From assembly GCA_963575745.1 (NCBI GenBank), contig CAUYUJ010000336.1, forward strand, positions 62,001 to 126,000: a stretch of 64,000 nucleotides of DNA. The letters are read 5' to 3'. How positions within the stretch are numbered: the stretch's first letter is position 1; every line of letters starts with the position of its first letter. A model generated the notes under the pieces. It saw only the letters and a list, made by a program, of their open reading frames with translations, was not told the origin of the DNA and did no database searches. The DNA comes from Prorocentrum cordatum (Eukaryota). The translations under genes were made by a program, and so were the position numbers. Positions 26,001 through 37,000 of the stretch are shown piece by piece.

Positions 26001-29000
26001 TCCCTTGGGACGTTCCACGGCGCGTTGTCCCCCTGTCAATTAGCTCTGGGGCAGTTACTATGTGCTCAGGCAGCTCGAGCTTAAGATCCAGATCAGTTCG
26101 GTCAGAACTCGGATGCAAAGGAGGACTCGATTCACAACGCAAAAGAGCACAATCGCGGCATGGCACATCGCAGTTCAGCACGGCGCAGCACAGCACAGCT
26201 TTCGGCATGGTACATCAAGGTCGATACCTTCAGCATTGCTTTTTGGCACGTTCCTTGGGACGTTCCGCGGCGCATCCCGTGGCGAGTCCCCCTGGCACGT
26301 CATGCGGCGCGTCCCGTGGCACGTCAATTGGCACGTCCATTGGCACGTTCCGTAACGAATCCTTTTGGCACGTCCCCTGGCACGTCGCCTGGCGCGTCCC
26401 TTGGAACGTTCCGCGGCGCGTCCTCCTAGCATGTCCCCTTGTCAATTAGCTGTGGGGCAGCTACTATGTGCTCCGGCAGCTCGAGCTTAAGATCCAGATC
26501 AGTTCGGTCAGGACTCGGATGCAAAGGAGGACCCGATCCACAACACTACAGAGCACAATCGCGGCATGGCACATCGCAAGCGCGGCGCAGCACAACACAG
26601 CCCTCGGCACGGTACATCGAGATCGGTAATTTCAGCATTGCTTTTTGGCACGTTCCTTGGGACGTTCCGCGGCGCGTCCTCCTGGCATGCGCCCCTGTCA
26701 TTTTGCTCTAGGGCAGCTACTATGTGCTGAGGCAGCTCGAGCTTAAGATCCAGATCAGTTCGGTCAGGACTCGGATGCAAAGGAGGACTCGATCATCAAA
26801 ATTGTAGAGCACAATCGCGGCATGGCACATCGCAATTTAGCACGGCGCAGCACAGCACAGCACAGCGCGGCATTCAGCACGGTACATCAAGATCGATACA
26901 TTCAGCATTGCCTTTTGGCACGTTCCTTGGCACGTTCCGTGGCGCGTCCCGTGGCGAGTCCCCCTGGCACGTCGCGCGGCGCGTTCCCTGGCACGTCGCG
27001 CGGCGCGTCCCCTGGCACGTCCCGTGGCACGTCCATTGGCAAGTTACGTAACGCGTCCCCGTGGCACGTCCCGCGTTGCGTCCCCATGGCGCGTCCCCTG
27101 GCACGTCGCCTGGCGCGTCCCTTGGAACGTTCCACGGCGCGTCCTCCTAGCATGTCCCCTTGTCAATTAGCTGTGGGGCAGCTACTATGTGCTCCGGCAG
27201 CTCGAGCTTAAGATCCAGATCAGTTCTGTCCAGACTCGGATGCAAAGGAGGACCCGATTCACAACACTACAGAGCACAATCGCGGCATGGCACATCGCAA
27301 ACGCGGCGCAGCACAGCACGGCCCTCGGCACGGTACATCGAGATCGGTAAGTTCAGCATTGCAGTTGCCCGTCGTCCAATCAGATGTCTATGACGCGTTG
27401 CCATGCCTTAGATTTCTATAGCCCTTTCCGGGTTCGTGGGTCGATCATGTCAGCAGAATCCTCGAAAACAACCGAGGTCCGGAGCCCCGACCGCGACGCG
27501 GAAAAGCGTCCCGCGCGCAGGGCTTCCGAGAATGTTTCGCGCGTGCCGCGTCCCGCGCGCAGGAGTTTCGAGGATGTCTCGACTAATTCGATTGCTTTTC
27601 CAGGATTTCCCTGGCCACACAGGGGGGTATCTAACATGTTCTGCCCGAGCTGGAACCACGTCGCTTCACGTGTCCAGGGCACCCCTGCTGCCTCGGGGTC
27701 TCGGCTTCCGCCACCCTGGGAGTTGCAGCCTGCCAATGCACTCGCCTCATGGCGTCAATTCTTTGGCCGACGGTCCTTCGGACCACCCTGGTTCTCGCGC
27801 TCACGTCGACGTCCGGGGCCTCGCCTTTGCATTTCTCTTTGACTGGCGGTTCGTTGGCCACGGCCACCCTGGTGCCCACGCAGTCGCTTGAAGTTTGGTA
27901 TCATGCATTCTTTCTCGGAGTTGTCCCTGGCCGTCGTTTATATTCCGACTTTTGGCGCCTCCGACGGACTTGCATCTTTGCGCGCTGGCAGTTCCACTCA
28001 TTTTCAGTCCCTCCAGCCTTCCACCTGCCGTTGGGCCGCTGCGTGAGGCCTCGGCCGGCGCGTAGCTGTTGCTTGCGCGTCGCCTCTGCCTAGTTAGTCT
28101 CTGCGTAGCCTGCTCGGACCTGACTCGCAGCTGGCGCGCTCGCCCGCGGCCGCTGACAAAAAAACATGTCCAGGGCACCCAGGTGGGTATCTGACATGAT
28201 GGTTCCGAGCTGTACCACGTTCTCCAGTGTCCAAGGTGGGTATCTTTTCCCGTGCCCAGGTCGCCCAGAGGGTGTATCTAACATGGTGGCCCCGCGCTGG
28301 AACCGCATGGTTTTACGTGTCCACGCCACCCAGGAGTGTATCTACCATTGTGGTCCTGCGCTGGAGCCGTGTGTTTTCACATGTCCAGGCCACCCAAAGG
28401 GGGTATCTAACATGGTGGTCCCGAGCTGGAACCACGTGTTCCACGTGTCCAGGCCACCTAAGGGGTAGCTAACATGGTGGTTCCGCGCTGGAGCCACATG
28501 TTTTCACGTGCGCAGGCCACCCAGGGGGTATTTAATTTGGTGGTCCCGAGCTGGAGCCGCGTAGTTTTCGTGTCCACGCCACCCAGGGGAGTATCTAACA
28601 TTGTGGTCCTGCGCTGGGGCCGTGTGTTTTCACGTGTCCAAGTCACCTAGGGGTGGTCCCGAGCTGGAACCACGTGTTTTCACGTGTCCAGGCCACTCAT
28701 GAGGGTATCTAACACGGGCCTCTTGGATCCTTCCTGGGACGCGGAAAGGAACGTCGAGAGTTGATTTGTATTCGGTATCGATTCGTTGTTTTCTTTGCTT
28801 CCAGGCGCCTCTGGGCGTTCCTGGGCCCTCCTGCGCCCCAGACGACCGCATGTTAGATATCCCCCCTGGGTGGGCTGGACCACGGTTTTCTATGTGCGCA
28901 GGCCACCCAAACAGGGTATCTAACATGGTGGTCCCGAGCTGGAGCCATATGTCTTAACATGTCCCGACCTTGACCCACGTGGTCCATTGGCACGTTCCGT

Positions 29001-31500
29001 AGCGCGTCCCCTTGGCACGTCCCGCGGTGCGTCCCTTGGGACGTTCCACGGTGCGTCCTCCTGGCATGTCCCCCCTGTCAATTAGCCCTGGCGCAGTTAC
29101 TATGTGCCCAGGCAGCTCGAGCTTGGATGCAAAGGAGGACTCGATCCACAACGCTATAGGGCACAATCGTGGCATGGCACATCGCAATTCAGCACGGTGC
29201 AGCATAGCACAGCTCTCGGCACGGTACATCAAAACCGATACATTCAGCATTGCATGTGCCCGTCTCTCAATCTGGTGTCTTTGAAGCGTTGCCATGCCTT
29301 ACATTTCTATATATTCCTTTCCGGTTTCGTGGGTCGATCATGTTTTCACGAGGGAAGGGAGAGAGGGGCGATGCGCGCAGGTGGATGCGATGAGCATTCT
29401 CGCAAGACTCAGGAATCCTACCAGACAGCCCATTGCATGTTTCCAAGTCTCAACGTGCCAGTGGTCACGGTAGCGGATACGGTAGAGAATATCGGAGGGG
29501 TTGAGAGGGCATGGGAGGGCGTCTGGCTGAGGACGGATAGGTGAACCAACACTCTGGAGGCGCTTCAGAAAGAAAGCGCCTCTAGAGTGACGCTGGTGAG
29601 TTTTTTACCACACCGCGCATGTCCTCATATTGCATGCCTGGCGACACTCCAGCAGTTTTTCCCGGAAAGGGCTCGGGCCCAGGGTTGTCTTTAAGTGTGG
29701 CAACCTGTCCCCTGTGCCATGTTGGCGGTGGGCCGGCGAATTTATTTGCGATACGTAACGAGGTAAAGTCCCATTCGGCGTGGAAAAAATGCGTTTCGCG
29801 TGTGCCCGCTCGAGGAAAGTGCGCCCCCCATCTCGGATCCTCGTTGCCTCTTGGGGTCCGCGGACCCCCGCTTTCCATTGACAAAAAAATGCTGCGGAGC
29901 GATTTGCGCAGAATCCATATTAAATCACGAGGTATGGAGCCCCGACTGGGACACGAAAAAGTTGAAAAACTTGTTTTTTTTTGTGTGCCCGCTCGAGGAT
30001 GGCGCGTTCCGCGCGCAGGAATTCTGAGGATGTCTCGAGTCCCACGCTTGTTTTGTAGAAGGAAGGTTGGCTTTTCGTGTGCCCGCTCGAGGATGGCGCA
30101 CCCAGCGTGCCGAATCTCTGAGGATGTCTCGGGCGAAACGTTTGTTTTGCAGCGCTTGAAAGGCTTGGGCGCTCCAGGATGTCCGGACCGTTATTTGCAA
30201 AGGATCGTGGCCCTGGGAGCGCAGATGCTGCGTAATTTGCGAAGGATTTGGGCTCTGGGGGCGCGGACGCAACGTACTTGGCTAGGGATCCTGGCCCTGG
30301 AGGCGTGATTCACTAGGGAGCGTGGCTCTGGGAGCGTGTACACTGCGTCATTCACGAGGGAGCGCGGCCCTGGGAGCGTGGACACTGCGTCATTCACGAG
30401 GGAGCGCGGCCATGGGAGCGCGGACGCAGCGTCGTGTACGAGGGATCGTGGCCCAGGGAGTGCGGATGCAGCGTAATTTGCAGGGGATCATGGCCTTGGG
30501 GGGGTGGACAAGTGTAATCTATGATGGATCCTGCCCCTGGGGGCGCGGACACAGCGTAATTGACGATCAGTTCGGTCAGGACTCGGATGCAAATGAGGAC
30601 TCGATCCACAACACTGTAGAGCACAATCGCGGCATGGCACATCGCAATTCAGCACGGCGCAGCACAGCACAGCTCTCGGCACGGTACATTCAGATCGATG
30701 CTCTCAGCATTGCAACCTGGCACGTTCCTTGGCGCGTCCCGTGGCGGGTCCTCCTGGCACGTCGCGCGGCGCGTCCCGTGGCACGGCCCGTGGCACGTCC
30801 ATTAACACGTTCCGTAGCGCGTCCCCCTTTGCACGTCCCGCGGTGCGTCCCCATGGCACGTCCCCTGGCACGTCGCCTGGCGCGTCCCTTGGGACGTTCC
30901 GCGGCGCGTCCTCCTGGCATGCTCCCCTGTGAATTAGCTCTGGGGCAGCTACTATGTGCTGAGGCAGCTCTAGCTTAAGATCCAGATCAGTTCGGTCAGG
31001 ACTCGGATGCAAATGAGGACTCGATCCACAACACTGTAGAGCACAATCGCGGCATGGCACATCGCAATTCAGCACGGCGCAGCACAGCACAGCTCTCGGC
31101 ACGGTACATTCAAGATCGATAATTTCAGCATTGCGTTAGCCCGTCGCCCAATCAGGTGTCTTTGAAAGGTCGCCATGCTTTACATTCCTATATTCCTTTC
31201 CGTGTTCGTGGGTCGATCATGTTCCCAGAAAGGGCTTGGGCCCAGGGTTCTCTTTTAGCTGTTTCCCCCCGGACCCGACGGGAGGTGTGCTGGCGGAAGT
31301 GATCTGCGATCAATAACGAGGTAAACTGTGAATTTGCAGTTGAACAAGTGCGTTTTTCGCGTGCCCGCTCAAGGAAAGTTTGCCCCCCAACTCGGATCCT
31401 CTATAAATAATGGTGTCTGCTGACACCCGTTTTCCATTGTAAAAAAGAGGGTACGGGGCATTTGTAGCAGAATCCTCTAAAAAACCGAGGTCTGGAGCCC
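17080..31500. repeat. Composite modular satellite (~75-bp, ~60-bp, ~11-bp, ~200-bp and linker modules)
   Basis: ~75-bp units TTTTCACGTGTCCAGGTCGCCCAGGCGGATGTCTAGCATGAGG; ~60-bp units GGGTATCTAACATGGTGGTCCCGAGCTGG; TGGCACGTCCC minisatellite; a ~200-bp block (GGGCAGCTACTATGTG...TTCAGCATTGC) about 15 times; a linker block at ~19485, 21210, 24735, 27365, 29255 and 31135. Confidence 0.9.
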
Positions 31501-31679
31501 CGACCAGGATCCGCCGCTCCCTATCGATTCATTGCAGGGGTGCCTGGCGTGCTGAACCTTTTCGCTTTTTGTGGTCCCAAAGAACTCCCCCCTGGGGCTT
31601 CGGCCCGTCCCGCCGGCCACCCGGAAAATTTGCCCGGCGTCTCCGGAGGTGGTTGCAAAGGGTTTTTCCTGCTCCAGGC

Positions 31680-32165
31680 GGCTCCAAGACGGCCCGAGTG
31701 GCCTCCAAGACGCCTCCACGACAGCCAACATGGCCTCAAAGACGGCTCAGATGGCCCCAAGATGCCTTTAAGATGGCCCAAGATGCCTCCAAGACAGCCC
31801 AAGAGGCCCCCAAGAGCCCCCCCAAGACGCCTCCAAGAGGTCCTCCTGAAGGGCCCGAAGAGGCCCGAAGAGGCCCGAAGAGGCCTAAGGTTTTTTTGAA
31901 GGATTTCGGCATTTACTTCTTCTCGGCCTTCCGACGGCTCAAGACAGCCCAAGAGGCCCCCAAGATCGCCCCAAGATCGCCCACGAGGCCTCCAAGATGG
32001 CCCCATGACGGCCCAAGAGGCCCCCAAGACGGCCCCAAGAGGGCCCCAGAGGCCTCCAAGACGCCCAAGATGGCTTCCAACAGCCTCCACGACAGCCATT
32101 ATGGCTTCCAAGACGGCTTAGATGGCCCCAAGAGATGCCCCAATATGCTTCCAAGATGGCCCAAG
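31680..32165 (+). repeat. CCAAGA-rich minisatellite (left flank and target of the LTR element)
   Basis: The same repeat continues at 48665-48785 after the LTR element. Confidence 0.85.
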
Positions 32166-32449
32166 ACTTTAAACGGAGAGGGTTAAAGGCGAGATGTAAA
32201 TCGAGCATGCACCGCTGCCGTGCCTGGCTCAAGCCGGGCCCGGCCAAACATGTGATTGTGCCTCACCGAGGCGCACTACTCGCATCTGAGATCGGAAAAG
32301 ACCTTTCTATTGAAGATGCCCCTTCTATCCTTTACTCCAGATCCCATGCTTCATCTTGCTCTCTTGCTCATGCGGTATGAGCCAAAGCCTGGGATATGGG
32401 AGCGCCTAAGGCGGAACATATATCTTGGCTTACCAGTGCGTTTTCGACT
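32166..32449 (+). repeat. 5' LTR
   Basis: Matches 48381-48664 except at 32207, 32278 and 32426. Confidence 0.95.
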
Positions 32450-34073
32450 TGGTAGCGGAGCTGGCTACACTCTCGTGTGGCTGGCTCTCGCTCTAATACC
32501 CATCATCCACGGCACAACTTGGTGGACTACTACTACGGTGGAATACCATGTTGCGCCGGCTCTGCGAGGAGCGGAGCCAGTCCGCGATCGGGCTAGCGGG
32601 GCGACCCGCGAGCTCGAGACGCTCTCTCCTACCTCACTGCGCTACTTCACTCCCGACTTCCACCAGATGCCAATCGGCAACTCGATCGAGAACGTGGTCA
32701 CTCTGCGGGGCTACCCGCAGCGGGGCCACCTGCATCCCGTGCCGGTCAGGCGCCTTACGGCTACTACGCCCGAGCCTGACAAACCACAGCCTAAACCAAT
32801 CACCGAAGCCGAGATGCACATGCACTGGATCAAGATAACTATCTTCGGCATTCTATGGGTGATAATGGGATGTGCTGTGGGCTACATGCGGCAGGGGATG
32901 GACGACACGCGTACTACCGGCCCTTCTTGGGACCCAGCCGGTACTACGCCCTTTCGCGAGTACGTTCGCGAAGTACATGCATGGATAAACGTGACGAGCG
33001 GCAATATGACGCCACCTCAGCAAGCTGCAGCACTACAACGTGGTCTTCAAGGCCTTGCTCGTCGTATCGCCATGCAGGTCCCCTCCCAGATCATCAATTA
33101 TGGTGTAAATGTCAACGGACAGCCAACGGATGCAGTTACTTATATACTTTATCTATTGAGTACCAAATTTGAAAATCTGGAAGATGAGCGCCAGCTCAAC
33201 TCTGGCACTGCCCTTATCGACTTTCGCGTCGAAAGGGGCGAGCGAATCGACTCAGTGTTAGCTCGATTCGAGATGGCCCGTGACGAGGCTAACTCTGTTG
33301 GATTTGTCATCCCCAACTTTCAGATCCTAACGCTGATCCTTTTCAGAGCGTTAGGCGTTGGCGCGTCACGAGCCCAACACCTGCTGGAGCCCTTCAATCA
33401 TCAGATGCCCAGAACGCAAGCAGACTATGATAGGCTGCTGACCAGGATGAGGAACTACGGGCATGTTGCCGAGCGCTCTCCTGGCAACATTGCGGGCATC
33501 TTCGCAGGGCACCACGCACATGCAGGTGTCTACGCCACGACTGCGGGGTCACCCGCTGGTCCTGGCGAGCCAAGTCCCTGGGCTGATTCAGCCGATATGC
33601 CCAACGAGGCCACTGCCCTCTTAGGGCAGACCGGCCAGGCATCGGCAGAGGCAGCGGAGGCGAACGCCTGGTCGAACTACACGCCGGGCGCCGCCTACAC
33701 TGCAAGCCCGCCCTCGGGCACAACCCTCTGGGGCCAAGCGGAGTCATCCGCTCAAGGGTCTCAGCCACCCTCTCCGTTTGAATCTGGCACTGACACAGAT
33801 ACCTCATCTGACGGTGATCACAATGGTATGGTCTCTGCTGGCAATGACTATCCAGCTGATGACACTCACCTTTCTGAACAACAAAGAGCGGAAGCCGCTT
33901 TTATGGCTTATCGCAAATCAAAACGCCGTTGGAGGCGCATTATGAAGAAACCGGTCAGAAAAGTGAGACGTGCAGCACGCCGAGATTTCAAACGCTATGG
34001 AAAGGGTCGTGGCAAAGGGGTCGCAGACGCCGTATGCATGGTAGGGGCATCACTGCTTTCCTCACGTCCTTAA
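32256..34073 (+). CDS. gag: Gag ORF with an N-terminal hydrophobic extension; true start uncertain (Gag core from ~32898)
   Basis: GPSWDP..TPFREYVREVHAW, FRVERGERIDSVLARFE (major-homology-region-like) and a basic C-terminus. Shifts into the next ORF near 34020. Confidence 0.8.
   Translation: MCLTEAHYSHLRSEKTFLLKMPLLSFTPDPMLHLALLLMRYEPKPGIWERLRRNIYLGLPVRFRLGSGAGYTLVWLALALIPIIHGTTWWTTTTVEYHVAPALRGAEPVRDRASGATRELETLSPTSLRYFTPDFHQMPIGNSIENVVTLRGYPQRGHLHPVPVRRLTATTPEPDKPQPKPITEAEMHMHWIKITIFGILWVIMGCAVGYMRQGMDDTRTTGPSWDPAGTTPFREYVREVHAWINVTSGNMTPPQQAAALQRGLQGLARRIAMQVPSQIINYGVNVNGQPTDAVTYILYLLSTKFENLEDERQLNSGTALIDFRVERGERIDSVLARFEMARDEANSVGFVIPNFQILTLILFRALGVGASRAQHLLEPFNHQMPRTQADYDRLLTRMRNYGHVAERSPGNIAGIFAGHHAHAGVYATTAGSPAGPGEPSPWADSADMPNEATALLGQTGQASAEAAEANAWSNYTPGAAYTASPPSGTTLWGQAESSAQGSQPPSPFESGTDTDTSSDGDHNGMVSAGNDYPADDTHLSEQQRAEAAFMAYRKSKRRWRRIMKKPVRKVRRAARRDFKRYGKGRGKGVADAVCMVGASLLSSRP
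32450..32461 (+). promoter_or_regulatory. Primer-binding site, tRNA-iMet type (TGGTAGCGGAGC)
   Basis: Directly follows the 5' LTR. TGG is complementary to the tRNA CCA end, and the sequence resembles the TGGTAGCAGAG initiator-Met PBS. Confidence 0.85.
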
Positions 34074-37000
34074 CTGATGTAGTTTTTGAAGAAGTTCTTA
34101 TCGGAGGCAAAGGTCGGGGTCACAGGCGGACCTCTGGTAAGGGAAAAGGGCGGAGGGGTAACCCTAGGGACGCTTCTGGCAACACTATGAAGTGTCATAC
34201 ATGCGGTAGCACAGAGCATTTGCGCGATCATTGCCCGAAGGGGAAAGGAAAGGGATCCGTACATTTGGCTCAAAACTCTTTTATGGATGACATAGACTAC
34301 ATTGACTACGAGTTTTACGTCAATCCAGAAGCGGCTCCCGCCGCGGGCTCCTCCACGTACTACGTGATGGCCCGCTACGCTGATGCGACCGTAGCCCTGG
34401 AAGAGTACGCGGTGACCCTCTTCGACGAGTTCCACGGCTGGGACGAAGTCGACGAGGGCGCGTTCAACGCCTGGTTCGGTCTTCCAGCGGGGCCACCCGC
34501 CGACGACGAGATCTCCGAAGCTGAGACCGTCCCGGCGACCGAGGAGGAGCTCGCCGCCGCGCTGGCGCCGCAGGTGATCGGCATGCCGTTGCTGCCTGAT
34601 CTTTCGCGAGCCGGCTCGGAAGCGGGAGACGCTGACGACGAAATGCGGGGCCATCCCGCAGCTTATTCTGACTCTGAAGAGGCCGAAGAGGACTATGAGG
34701 ACAGGCTCCAAGAGCAGGTCGCAGAAGCGATCCAGCTCCTGAGTGCGCCAGCACAACAGCAGATGACCATGAACGACCTGCTGTCGCGCCCAGGGGCCGC
34801 AAGGCTGCGTCCATACCTGGATCCTGATATGTCGGCACCGCAGATGCTGACCGCACTCCAGGCCCTAGCGGGGCCACCCGCTGAAGCGGCGCCAGCTGCA
34901 GCAGCGGGGCTACCCGCTTGGTCGATGGACGAGTTCATGCAGGGCTGCGACCAGATGGACCTCAACGACCTCACTATGGAGCAGCTGACCGACATCGGGT
35001 ACTTCCAAAGCCCGCATCAGCACGTATTCACGGTCCAGGACAGCTCAGAGGACTCGGAGGACATGCGCAATGCAAAGAAGAACAGACGACCATCGCCACC
35101 TCGAGATCCAGAGCACCGTCATGAAGATGAAAGGCCCATGGAACGTGGCAGTGCGTCAGCGGGGCCAACCCGCAGGAGGAGCCGTTCAGCTCCACGACGC
35201 CCTACACATGATGCATCTGGCTACCCGTACAGCACGGAGCACTCCAGAGGTGTATCCGCTCAGTACGTGCCGGAGTGGTACATCAATTGGTACCCCGGCT
35301 ACCCGATGGACGTGATCCGCCACTGGTGGTCCAAGGAGCACTGCAAACGGGACGAATCTGGCATCATAATACGCACCAAAGGTGGCAAGACTAAAACGCC
35401 AGAGGCTTGGGACCGAAAGGCTAAGAAACAGGAGATCATCAACGATCGCAAGACATACAGGAAACAAGTATGTCAATGCGAGCCTTTCAAAGGTCACATG
35501 CGCGGCTGTCCAATGGACCGCCCCTCCAGGAGCCCTCATCACGGTGAGACCCCCTGGAACTGGTCTCATGGAGATGACGCTGGCACCGTCCACGATCCTA
35601 ACAAGAAGGTCCCTGGAGGAGGAAAGCGCATTACCGAAGCCGATCGCGTCCCTATGATCGAGGGGGTTGCTGACACTGTCAGGGAAAATTGGGAACAGCT
35701 TCCTAAAGACCATCGCCTCAAAGAATGGAACCGCCGATTCCATGAAGAGGCGGGGTCACCCGCAGACTCCAGCGGAGGTGCGGGGCCACCCGCGGGCGCG
35801 GCGCCAGCCGCTGGGTCCGCGGACGAAGAGTGGATGGCTGTTGCATCTGCTGCCGGATCCGCCGCCGGCACTGACCAGACCGAACTGAACGAAGAATGGG
35901 CGGCGGAAGACGGCTCAGAGAATCCATTCCCTGATGGATGCGCCTGCTGGTGCTACAGCTCCTCGGCACAGAAGTGGTTTTGCACGAGGGTACTTTACCG
36001 CCACGAAAATGGCAAGTACAAGCTGGCCATAAAAGGTAGTGCCAACATCGACCAGATGAGGCAGGTCATCCATGATCATGGCCAGCCAGAAGGCCCTCCT
36101 AAAGACCCTCCTGGTCCACCACCAGAGGACGACGAAGACATCGAACCACCTCCAGGACCTGTGGTCGACTCCTCGCCTCCACCTTCTCCTGAGAAGAGGT
36201 CTCCTTCCAAGAGCCCCGAAGGTTCACAGGGGCGTGCGAAGGCCAGAGGGATCGCCAAGAAGGACGACCCTGAGCCGGGAGAGCCTACCGGCCCGTCCGT
36301 GACGGAGAGGAGGAAGGCTTTTGCTGGACCATCAGCCCCGATGCCACCGGCTGCCCAAGGCGACGTCAAGGACGAAGATCGCGACCAGCCTAAGGCAGCC
36401 TTCCGAGGTGGCTGGACTCCAACTCTGCATCAGCCGCGCCTTGCACCACGACCAGGCTCGGCACGAATGAAAGCGCAACCGAAGCCCGAGGCTGGGTTGA
36501 GGTCGGTGCGGGCAGAGGCAGCCGCCAAAGGTAAGGAGGACAAGGGCTCTGCGGGGCCACCCGCTGAAGCGGCGCCAACTGCAGCAGCGGGGGCACCCGC
36601 AGAAGGCACTCCCTCAGAAGAAGAACGCCGCAAAGCCCTCAAAGAAATTGACAACCGACAGAAACTAGCCGACGATGCGCTGGCTGACCAAGGTCACCCG
36701 CACCCTGGTGCGGGGTCATCCGCTGGAGCTGCCTCGGCAGCCGCAGCGGCGCCAGCTGCAGCAGCGGGGCCACCCGCACGTCGGCAACCAGCGTCGTCTG
36801 TTCTCAAGAACATCCCTCTGGGAGCCATTGAATATTGGCAAGGCATTGAAGGCAAAGGCCCGAAACGCACCATAAACCCACGAGTCACTCGAGATGATAC
36901 AGATCGATACGCGGTCATCGATTGCCCCGATCGTCGTAACTTCGAGTGCCGTAACGAATGGGAACGTGAACAACAAGTCGTGGGCAATATGTTGCGGGAC

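Noticed and set aside
20277..31102. Many ARPLARPVAR and WHVPW ORFs
   Set aside because: Stop-poor satellite units open in several frames on both strands, with no protein signal.
34005..34030. Programmed -1 frameshift between gag and the next ORF
   Set aside because: No in-phase X XXY YYZ slippery heptamer, and the shift would separate capsid from its zinc knuckle. An indel in the G-run is more likely.
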